A stretch of DNA of 14,340 bases, from positions 1-14,340 of the forward strand of contig JBNKNM010000144.1 in the NCBI GenBank assembly GCA_050293845.1, read 5' to 3'. Below the pieces are notes generated by a model that was not told the DNA's origin, ran no database searches, and saw only the letters and a program-made list of their open reading frames with translations. Position 1 is the stretch's first letter, and each line of letters starts with the position of its first letter. This DNA comes from Pseudobacteriovorax sp. GTDB taxonomy: Bacteria > Bdellovibrionota_B > Oligoflexia > Oligoflexales > Oligoflexaceae. The position numbers and the translations under genes are program-made. Shown here piece after piece: positions 7,376 through 14,340 of the stretch.

Positions 7376-8923
7376 ATGGGATTAGAAATTGTACGGCGTA
7401 TTCGCGGAAACGTCCACAGATCAATAGATATCAGTAAGTTAGAAGACGCTGTCATTGCTCATCCTTATTTTCAACGATTGCGACGCATCAAGCAGCTGGC
7501 GTTTCTAAACTATGTATTTCCCGGTGCTACCCATACAAGATTCGAACACTCCCTTGGCGTCATGCACCTTGCGGCTGTAGCCTGGACAAAACTATCTGCT
7601 AATCAAAATCGACTGCATCATTCACTTTCTCGTTACGGTAATTTTGAAGCTATTGAGCAGAACAATATTAATTCAGAATCAATTTATCATGGCCAGCTTG
7701 CGCCTACTTTTCCCCTCATGGGAAAAATTTTTAAATCAGATTATATCCTACAGACTCTGAGACTGGCAGCTCTACTCCATGACTTAGGTCACCCTCCTTT
7801 CTCCCATAGTGGAGAGCGTTTTTTACCGAATCTCATGGATATTCTCAAAGATAACCCTGATATGCCCGATTATCTTCAAGAATACTTTCAATCCAGATTA
7901 CAAAAACACAAGGATCAGGGGGAGGACCCGGAGACAGTTCCGGTGAGACATGAGGTTTTCTCGATCCTTATGATTGACAGAGTCCTCAGAGATATACGGA
8001 AATGGCACCCTCATTTAGAACCCATGATCGATCCTCGCGATGTCATTGCCATCATCAACCACCACATTGCACCAAAAAGCGACTCAATTATTGCTCATTA
8101 CCAGGCTCTCGACTTATGCCGAGAACTTATTTCTGGTGAACTTGACATTGACCGTATGGACTACTTACTCCGTGACTCACGGGAATGTGGGGTCGTCTAT
8201 GGCGTTTTTGATGCGGAAAGAATTCTTGATTCACTATGCGTCTACCATGACCGTGAAAACAAAAAACTCCATGTTGCTATCAATCTATCAGGATTGGCCG
8301 CATTTGAAGATTACTTACGCGCCAGACATTCCATGTACCTCCAGTTATATTTCCATAAAACTTCGGTTGCTGCGGAAGCTATGATTCTGCATCTGGGAAA
8401 ACAGTTACATAACTGGAAACTTCCGGCCAATGTCTCCGCATACGCTGTATGTGATGAGTATAATATTGGCGATAAACTACAAGAGGCGGCCCAAGTACTC
8501 GTTCCAGAAAAAGCCCAACCTCGTTTTAACGCCTTACTGACTGACTTGCTATATAACCGCCAACTATGGAAAAGGGTTTTTGAAATCACAGGCCCTAAGC
8601 CTAAGACATCAGAAAAACCTCTGGAAAAGGTGGAAAAAATACTAGAAGATCATAATATTCCTTATGAAACTGTTTCTTCGGGAAGCTCACTCACACGATT
8701 CCGACCTCGCTTGGCTCACCAAAAAAGTAGCAATTACCTCAGGCTTATAAAAAAAGATGAGAAGCAGTTTCCTAGAGTCTGTGCCATAGAAGACTATAGT
8801 GACGTGATTAACACCAACAAAGATGTGATAATTCATAGAATTTACGTCCAGGCTCACCATAATAAGGAAGGTGTCTATGAGCCTGGTTTGGCTAAAAAAT
8901 TATTAAGGGAAAAAAGCACTTGA
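7376..8923 (+). CDS. HD-domain phosphohydrolase, SAMHD1/EF1143-like putative dNTP triphosphohydrolase
   Basis: FQRLRRIKQL, HTRFEHSLGV, LLHDLGHPPFSH, HE, DIDRMDYLLRDS and R...Y...YFHK motifs. AAGGA SD; 8 bp after the pyrD stop. Confidence 0.9.
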   Translation: MGLEIVRRIRGNVHRSIDISKLEDAVIAHPYFQRLRRIKQLAFLNYVFPGATHTRFEHSLGVMHLAAVAWTKLSANQNRLHHSLSRYGNFEAIEQNNINSESIYHGQLAPTFPLMGKIFKSDYILQTLRLAALLHDLGHPPFSHSGERFLPNLMDILKDNPDMPDYLQEYFQSRLQKHKDQGEDPETVPVRHEVFSILMIDRVLRDIRKWHPHLEPMIDPRDVIAIINHHIAPKSDSIIAHYQALDLCRELISGELDIDRMDYLLRDSRECGVVYGVFDAERILDSLCVYHDRENKKLHVAINLSGLAAFEDYLRARHSMYLQLYFHKTSVAAEAMILHLGKQLHNWKLPANVSAYAVCDEYNIGDKLQEAAQVLVPEKAQPRFNALLTDLLYNRQLWKRVFEITGPKPKTSEKPLEKVEKILEDHNIPYETVSSGSSLTRFRPRLAHQKSSNYLRLIKKDEKQFPRVCAIEDYSDVINTNKDVIIHRIYVQAHHNKEGVYEPGLAKKLLREKST

Positions 8924-8931
8924 ATCCAAGC

Positions 8932-9219
8932 CTATTTCTTTTGATCTGCGCCAGTCGAGTTCTTTGCAGGGGAGCTTGATGGTTTATCTTTGCTCTTTAC
9001 CTCACCTTTTTTCTCCTTCGGCTGCCGATTAGACTTTCCGTCGTAGGCTTCATTATACCAGCCTCCACCTTTCAGCTGAAAAGCCGCCTGGCTCATCTGC
9101 TTTACGAGGCTCTGCTGTTGACCGCAGCCTGGGCATTCCTCCGGATGAGGATCACTCATTTTCATGATGAATTCGTGTAAATGTCCACATGTTTTACATT
9201 TATATTCATAAATCGGCAT
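8932..9219 (-). CDS. FmdB family zinc-ribbon protein
   Basis: MPIYEYKCKTCG...CPGCG...FQLKGGGWY signature. ATG 9219 with GGAG SD at 9229-9226. Lys/Ser-rich disordered tail. Confidence 0.92.
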   Translation of the reverse strand: MPIYEYKCKTCGHLHEFIMKMSDPHPEECPGCGQQQSLVKQMSQAAFQLKGGGWYNEAYDGKSNRQPKEKKGEVKSKDKPSSSPAKNSTGADQKK

Positions 9220-9331
9220 CGTTTTCTCCAACATAAAAACCACACCAGTATACTGGCCTGCCTTAACTTGGTGCCGATCAAGCTAAAGTCAAGATGGAAA
9301 ATGAAAAGGCCACGTATTTACGTATTAGGAA

Positions 9332-9353
9332 AAGTCTCGTTACTACGAGACTT
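9332..9353 (-). terminator. hairpin terminator candidate after the IHF/HU gene
   Basis: AAGTCTCGT-(4 nt)-ACGAGACTT 9-bp stem ending in a short T-run on the minus strand, 34 bp after the stop codon. Confidence 0.55.
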
Positions 9354-9387
9354 CGATACGAAAAGTAAAATGAGGCCGGAAATAAAC

Positions 9388-9708
9388 TTATTGTTCTACT
9401 ATATTTCCGCTATTCTGCTCTCGACTCAAGAAAGCCGAATCGACTCTTTGCTTCAATTCCTGACCGGTTTTCCAAAAAGGTAACTTCTTGGGAGGTACCA
9501 CAATCTGCTCTCCTGTCTTCGGATTTCGGCCTTTATAGGATTTATATTCGCGGACTGTAAAAGCTCCAAACCCCCGAATTTCCACACGATTTCCACTAGC
9601 AAGGGTCTCTGTTATCCCATTAAAAAATAGGTCCACAACCTCTTCAGCCTTTGCCAAAGTAATATCCGCTCTCTCCGCCAAGCTCTCTATTAATTCCGAT
9701 TTTACCAT
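9388..9708 (-). CDS. ihfB: integration host factor beta / HU-family DNA-binding protein
   Basis: MVKSELI...RVEIRGFGAF...GRNPKTGE...PFWKTGQELKQRVD. RVEIRGFG and the K.G.ELK.RV end are IHF-beta-like. AAAAGGGA SD. Confidence 0.85.
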   Translation of the reverse strand: MVKSELIESLAERADITLAKAEEVVDLFFNGITETLASGNRVEIRGFGAFTVREYKSYKGRNPKTGEQIVVPPKKLPFWKTGQELKQRVDSAFLSREQNSGNIVEQ

Positions 9709-9747
9709 TGGGTTTTCCCTTTTCTATAGTCACTAGCCTCAGCTGCT

Positions 9748-9777
9748 ATTCTACCAAGACCTTTATGATATTGGCAA
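9748..9777 (-). promoter_or_regulatory. probable sigma70 promoter (extended -10) for ihfB
   Basis: Minus strand TTGCCA(9777-9772)-18 bp-TAGAAT(9753-9748), with a TGn extension (TGGTAGAAT). Confidence 0.55.
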
Positions 9778-9942
9778 CTTATTACCTGGAATATCCTGGA
9801 TATGAAGCTTATATTCACTCAATTCTTACATACTATTACCAGTTAAATACTGATAATACGAGACGGACCTTGACTAACAGAGCGTAAATGGCATCATCCA
9901 TCGGTATCTCAAATGACAACTTTTCACTTCAAGTAGGTCACA

Positions 9943-11259
9943 ATGAAAACCATCAAGCCTATATCCCATCGCAGCATTGGTCCTATCACCGTCGACTGTG
10001 GACGGGATAAATCCCTAACCCACCGCGCTATTATGTTTTCATCCCTAGCCCAGGGAGACAGCGAAATCGATAATCCACTATTGGGGGCTGATTGTATTTC
10101 AACCATCGACTGCTTTCGTAAGTTAGGAGTGCAAATTGAAGTACAAGGACGGTCTGTAAAGATCAGCTCTCCTGGTTTCCAACTCTTTCAGTCTTCAGAA
10201 TCCTCTCTAGACTGTGGAAATAGCGGCACAACGGCTCGGTTGCTTCTGGGACTGTTTGCAGGAATCAACGGACTAAAAGTAACATTGACTGGAGACAAAA
10301 GCTTAAGCAAGCGCCCTATGGACAGGGTCGTGGAGCCACTCCGTCAGACAGGAGCAATTTTTGCGGGAGAATCGGGGGCCAAATACCTTCCTATTACAAT
10401 AGAAGGCCAAAACCTCAAAGCAACCAACTATACAATCAACAAGTCAAGTGCTCAGGTGAAGTCAGCTTTAATGTTAGCCCACCTTCCCACAACTGGAAAA
10501 ATAACAGTCACCCTACCGGCCGGTTCCCGGGATCATACTGAGAAAATGCTTATTCAGATGGGTGCAAACTGTCAATCATCCGTCAATCAAGGTATAGAGA
10601 CAGTTATTTTTACAGGCCCCTTTTATCCACACGGCCAAAAGTATAATATTCCTGTCGACCCCTCATCGGCGGCATTTTTCTCTGTTTTGGGTTTACTGCG
10701 ACCTAAAGGGAAGACCCTGATACCCGATGTACTAAATAACCCTACTCGCACTGGCTACCTTAACGCACTCATGCGCATGAGTTCCCACATTAAATGTCAG
10801 AAAGCAGCCACTGGAAATCTTTTCGTTGAGGCTACTATGAATCTTGATGTAGAAGGGAGCTTTCCATTGGTGGGAACAGATATCTCAGCTGCTGAAATCC
10901 CAACATTAGTTGATGAAATTCCCATATTGGCAGTTGCGGCAGCTTTTGCTTCTTCGCCGTCGCGTTTCAGTGGTCTTAGTGAGTTACGAATCAAAGAAAG
11001 TGATCGTTTGGCCAAGACTTATGAATTGCTACAAGCTGCTGGAGCTCGGTGTTCAATTGAAGGAGATGACCTAGTTATTTTTGGCGGACTTAAACAAGCA
11101 AACTCCTTTCACTTTAACCCTGAGGAAGATCACCGTATGGCTATGGCTGCAGCAATTATAGCTTGCTTTGCCAAGAGTCCTTGTAAGATCTTAGATGAGG
11201 AATGCGTAGCCGTAAGCTTTCCCAACTTCTTTGAGGAGCTGAAAAAATTTGAATCCTGA
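9943..11259 (+). CDS. aroA: 3-phosphoshikimate 1-carboxyvinyltransferase (EPSP synthase)
   Basis: DKSLTHRA, LDCGNSGTTARL, RPM.RV, SSAQVKSA, RDHTE, DE.P, ELRIKESDR, DHRMAMA, SFPNFF. Confidence 0.97.
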   Translation: MKTIKPISHRSIGPITVDCGRDKSLTHRAIMFSSLAQGDSEIDNPLLGADCISTIDCFRKLGVQIEVQGRSVKISSPGFQLFQSSESSLDCGNSGTTARLLLGLFAGINGLKVTLTGDKSLSKRPMDRVVEPLRQTGAIFAGESGAKYLPITIEGQNLKATNYTINKSSAQVKSALMLAHLPTTGKITVTLPAGSRDHTEKMLIQMGANCQSSVNQGIETVIFTGPFYPHGQKYNIPVDPSSAAFFSVLGLLRPKGKTLIPDVLNNPTRTGYLNALMRMSSHIKCQKAATGNLFVEATMNLDVEGSFPLVGTDISAAEIPTLVDEIPILAVAAAFASSPSRFSGLSELRIKESDRLAKTYELLQAAGARCSIEGDDLVIFGGLKQANSFHFNPEEDHRMAMAAAIIACFAKSPCKILDEECVAVSFPNFFEELKKFES

Positions 11260-11290
11260 AATACCGCTGCCCCCTAAAAAGGAGAGATCC

Positions 11291-12016
11291 ATGAACCAAC
11301 ATCAATCCACCCAGCGCAGTCGTTGTAAGATTGTCGCCGTAGATGGACCTGCAGGATCTGGGAAAAGTACGATCTGTGCTTCCGCATGCAAGAGCTTAGG
11401 GTGGACCTATGTAAACACCGGTTTCTTATATCGCGCTATCGCATTTATATGCCGTAAGCGAAATCTTGACCTGCAAAATGATCAAAACCTTTCGATAGTG
11501 ATTAATGAGTTTTCTGAGCACCTTATTTGGCATGCTGAAACAGGCCAGGTTATATTTAATGGGGATGATCTTTCTCCGGACCTTTATACCGATAGGGCTG
11601 GTATTGATGCCAGCTTTGTTGCCAAAAACCCCTTGGTCCGCCAACTCTTATTGCCTCTGCAAAGAAGACTTACCTTACAGTCTCCCCTGGGGGCTATCGT
11701 CGATGGACGCGATATTGGAACAGCTGTTTTTCCTGATGCCGATCTTAAAATATTCATGACTGCTTCCTTAGAAGAGCGAGCCCGACGGCGCCTTTTACAG
11801 CTCCATGATGGAGATAAAAAGCAGATCACATCTGATCAACTGCAAGTCATCAAAGAAAGTATTTCCCAAAGAGACGAGCAAGATGCAGCCCGGGGAGCCT
11901 CACCTTTAAAGCAAGCTGAAGATGCCATTTTATTTGATACCAGCTACCTTGATGCCAAAGAAGCTCAAGAAAATTTGATTGCGTTGATAAGAAACCATGC
12001 TTTGATCGAGGCCTAA
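11291..12016 (+). CDS. cmk: cytidylate kinase
   Basis: VAVDGPAGSGKST P-loop, TG.LYR, DGRDIGT.VFPDA.LKIF.TAS.EERARRR, RD..D..R..SPL. ATG 11291 has an AAGGAG SD and is preferred over TTG 11249. Follows aroA as in many bacteria. Confidence 0.96.
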   Translation: MNQHQSTQRSRCKIVAVDGPAGSGKSTICASACKSLGWTYVNTGFLYRAIAFICRKRNLDLQNDQNLSIVINEFSEHLIWHAETGQVIFNGDDLSPDLYTDRAGIDASFVAKNPLVRQLLLPLQRRLTLQSPLGAIVDGRDIGTAVFPDADLKIFMTASLEERARRRLLQLHDGDKKQITSDQLQVIKESISQRDEQDAARGASPLKQAEDAILFDTSYLDAKEAQENLIALIRNHALIEA

Positions 12017-12029
12017 GTCTTTAAAAACT

Positions 12030-12896
12030 TCATAGTTTACGCGGATTTTTACGTCTGCCATGTCGCGACAGACGTATCTTTGCAAACTCAGGTCTCTCTT
12101 TTCTTTTAGGCTCCAGCTTTTTTTGCGCTTCTTGGTTATGCTGCCATTTATTCAGCTCTCGTTCGAGGAACTGCAATCGTTCACTGTTTTCCTTCATCAC
12201 TTCCGCACTATGTGAAAGATGATCCGCTGTTAATCTTGACAAGGAGGAAAGGTCCTTCCTAAATAGAGCAATAAGTTGCTGAGATTCACGCCACTCTCGA
12301 TTTAATGACTCATACAACTCACGACTTGTTCCCCATTCGTTTTTCAGTTCTTTCATTAATATGCCAACAGATTCTCGGAGTTGCTGCATAATGTTGAGAA
12401 GCTTATTTAATAGCTGCCGATCTTGCTGACCCTCAAGGTTTTGCCTCGCCATCTCCTTATGCACACCATCGCTTATCTGTCTTAATGATAAGTTCAAAGT
12501 TTGCTGTAAAGTACTTTGTAATTTTAAAATACGTTGACTATGCTCTCTATAGTGAACAACAGCCAAATCTTGCCAATTATTAACGAGCTCCCTGCCAATA
12601 TTCTGTAAAGCTTGTGAAGAACTTTGATGAGAAGCTGTGGCTCTGGTCCAGCTTTGATAATCTTCCAGATCCTTTTGTCGATACATAGGACGTATATAAC
12701 GATCTACCCTGATACGCCCTACCCTCAGCTCTTTTCCTGAAATTTGAGTTAATCGTGACCTTTTAATACCTAGCATGCTCATAGCACCTTCGGCATCGAT
12801 AGAAAACTCCGGAGAAAACTCTTCATCACCTTTTAAAAAAACGACCATTGGTAAATCATTAAGTGTCTGAGATTCGGGAGTCAGCTTATTTTCCAT
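12030..12896 (-). CDS. hypothetical protein: N-terminal MerR/excisionase-like HTH, coiled coil, basic C-terminal tail
   Basis: 288-aa ORF with GAGGG SD. Residues ~33-80 (IDAEGAMSMLGIKRSRLTQ...RPMYRQKDLEDY) fit the HTH_17/MerR pattern. Remainder is Q/E/L-rich and helical; tail RLSRHGRRKNPRKL. Confidence 0.7.
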   Translation of the reverse strand: MENKLTPESQTLNDLPMVVFLKGDEEFSPEFSIDAEGAMSMLGIKRSRLTQISGKELRVGRIRVDRYIRPMYRQKDLEDYQSWTRATASHQSSSQALQNIGRELVNNWQDLAVVHYREHSQRILKLQSTLQQTLNLSLRQISDGVHKEMARQNLEGQQDRQLLNKLLNIMQQLRESVGILMKELKNEWGTSRELYESLNREWRESQQLIALFRKDLSSLSRLTADHLSHSAEVMKENSERLQFLERELNKWQHNQEAQKKLEPKRKERPEFAKIRLSRHGRRKNPRKL

Positions 12897-12984
12897 GTTT
12901 CATACCCTCTTAATTCAATGCAACATAGCGCAGTATGAGGTCTCAGCCCGTTGTTAAAGTGGATTTTCATTAATGCCCCTTCTA

Positions 12985-13704
12985 TTAAGAGTTTGCAAGG
13001 GCCTTCTCTTCTGCTCTTTGCGCTAAGATTCTCAAGTCAGGCCGCTCTATGACGTATGGTTCACCGAGGAGTTCACGACAGCGTTTACCCGTGGTCGGGC
13101 CAATACATACATACGTCCATCGTTTTACAATATTTTTTTTATTTGATTCATGGGAATGGGGTAGATTTGCTTGCAGGGCATCAACCGCACTAGGGCTTGC
13201 CAAACAAAAGATGGCGGGCTTATGGAAAAGGTTTTGTAGTTTGAGATCTAAACAATTCACAATATTTGTTTCATATAAATCCACCTTACTGATATCCACC
13301 CCCTTTTCTTGCAAGTATGCCACCAAAGGAAATGCAGGAACTTTTGCTCCTAAGAACATCAAATCCGCATTTGTAGCAAGCCAACGATCCCATTGACTGC
13401 CTGCAAAGTCAGCCAAAGAATCTGCCGGCCATCTTTTGGCTCCAAACAATTTTAACTCTTGCTCAACTTTTGCGCTAAAGGTTTCGATATTTGGCCTAGA
13501 TAGCATCACTTCATTTTTATAATGGTTGCTTAACAGGGTGGCTGCAAACAAGCTTGAAATAATTATTGTCTTTCCCCTTAAGCTTGGTAGATTCGGGTGT
13601 AAAAAATTTAATTGGGTTAAAGGGACATGTATGGGAGAAAGTTGTGTGAATAATTTCTTATCGGTGTCCCACTGATCCTGCCGCCTAGTCCAAACAATCT
13701 TCAT
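12985..13704 (-). CDS. hemD: uroporphyrinogen-III synthase (divergent)
   Basis: N-terminal IVWTR, LYET, LASPSAV and VCIGPTT motifs; 239 aa; AGGA SD. Confidence 0.8.
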   Translation of the reverse strand: MKIVWTRRQDQWDTDKKLFTQLSPIHVPLTQLNFLHPNLPSLRGKTIIISSLFAATLLSNHYKNEVMLSRPNIETFSAKVEQELKLFGAKRWPADSLADFAGSQWDRWLATNADLMFLGAKVPAFPLVAYLQEKGVDISKVDLYETNIVNCLDLKLQNLFHKPAIFCLASPSAVDALQANLPHSHESNKKNIVKRWTYVCIGPTTGKRCRELLGEPYVIERPDLRILAQRAEEKALANS

Positions 13705-13785
13705 TTGATTTCCTAGTTCTTTTACAAAAAGGTATAATTATGGCACTAAGAAGTATGTGATTACATCCTTAATTAGGAATCTCTT

Positions 13786-14340
13786 GTGATCGAATTGAAC
13801 CATGTAAGCAAAAGGTTTGGCAACAATCAAATCCTCAATGATATTAGCTTCACCGTGGGAGCAGGTGAAAGAATCAGTCTTTTGGGTCCCGGCGGTTGTG
13901 GAAAATCCACAATCCTAAAGATACTATTAGGGCTGGAACCCCCTAATAGCGGTAGTGTCAAGCTTTTCTCCCTAGATATGTCCCGAGCATCAGAATTTGA
14001 GAAACAGGAAAACCTCAAGCAAGTGGGCGTAGCATTCCAGCAAGGCGGTCTTTTCGACCATATGACTGTGGCCGAAAACATTCAATTCGCTATGGAACAT
14101 ATGACAGATTTGAGCCCCGAGCAGAGGGATCGTAAAATCGACCACCTTCTCCACAAAGTGAAGCTTCCTCGCACCAAGCATATGTTTCCTTTCGAACTCT
14201 CAGGGGGCATGAAACGTCGAATCGGCATCGCAAGAGCCTTGGCCACCGATCCCAAAATTGCCCTTTTCGATGAGCCGACATCCGGGTTGGACCCTGTAAC
14301 TTCAACCATTATTTTAAATATGATTGGGGATTTAGGTGAT
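13786..14340 (+). CDS. ABC transporter ATP-binding protein, MlaF/Ttg2A-like, 3'-truncated by window edge
   Basis: Absent from the ORF track. GTG 13786 with AGGA SD; translation MIELNHVSKRFG...GPGGCGKST (Walker A)...AFQQGGLFD (Q-loop)...ELSGGMKRRIGIARAL (signature)...LFDEPTSGLDPVTS (Walker B, D-loop). Open to the window end. Confidence 0.92.
   Translation, partial: MIELNHVSKRFGNNQILNDISFTVGAGERISLLGPGGCGKSTILKILLGLEPPNSGSVKLFSLDMSRASEFEKQENLKQVGVAFQQGGLFDHMTVAENIQFAMEHMTDLSPEQRDRKIDHLLHKVKLPRTKHMFPFELSGGMKRRIGIARALATDPKIALFDEPTSGLDPVTSTIILNMIGDLGD

Noticed and set aside
9842..9854. Possible IHF site (TATCAGTATTTAA, minus strand) upstream of ihfB
   Set aside because: Misses the TTR element of WATCARNNNNTTR; weak in AT-rich DNA.
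9955..10032. KPISHRSI near the AroA N-terminus resembling the downstream KSLTHRAI motif (possible duplication)
   Set aside because: Only 15 of 24 nt match over a very short stretch; not distinguishable from chance.
11410..11435. Cmk YVNTGFLYR instead of the usual (Y/L)LD(T/S)GA.YR
   Set aside because: Single Asp-to-Asn change with the other CMP/ATP-binding motifs intact; insufficient to claim altered function.
173..13396. Other short ORF-track entries nested in or antisense to the main genes (e.g. 258..554, 1420..1692, 8040..8384, 9181..9483, 13049..13396)
   Set aside because: Overlap well-supported genes, with no recognisable motifs.
13741..13757. TGGCAC as a sigma54 -24 element
   Set aside because: No TTGC/GC at the required -12 spacing.
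13827..14309. Four short minus-strand ORFs at the right end
   Set aside because: Shadows of the + strand ABC ATPase, which carries the canonical motifs.

Overview
AT-rich bacterial chromosome segment. Gene content and protein style suggest Oligoflexia/Bdellovibrionota or a related delta-type lineage (inference, no search run). Most of it is housekeeping: the 3' part of a FadN-type 3-hydroxyacyl-CoA dehydrogenase/enoyl-CoA hydratase, a thiolase, a single-domain response regulator, pyrD, an HD-domain dNTPase-like gene, an FmdB zinc-ribbon protein, an IHF-beta/HU protein, aroA-cmk, hemD, and the 5' part of an MlaF-like ABC ATPase that the ORF track missed. No rRNA, tRNA, CRISPR array or mobile element was seen. 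The notable elements are candidate chromosome-architecture genes, all on the minus strand: (i) a 119-aa histone-H1-like KKKAT-repeat protein with a structured leader; (ii) directly upstream, a 708-aa Rad50/SbcC/YhaN-shaped coiled-coil protein whose ATPase motifs keep their approximate positions but have lost the catalytic residues (apparent pseudo-ATPase, no nuclease partner adjacent); (iii) a MerR/Xis-like HTH plus coiled-coil protein with RacA-like architecture; (iv) IHF-beta. That these act together is a hypothesis, not something the sequence shows.
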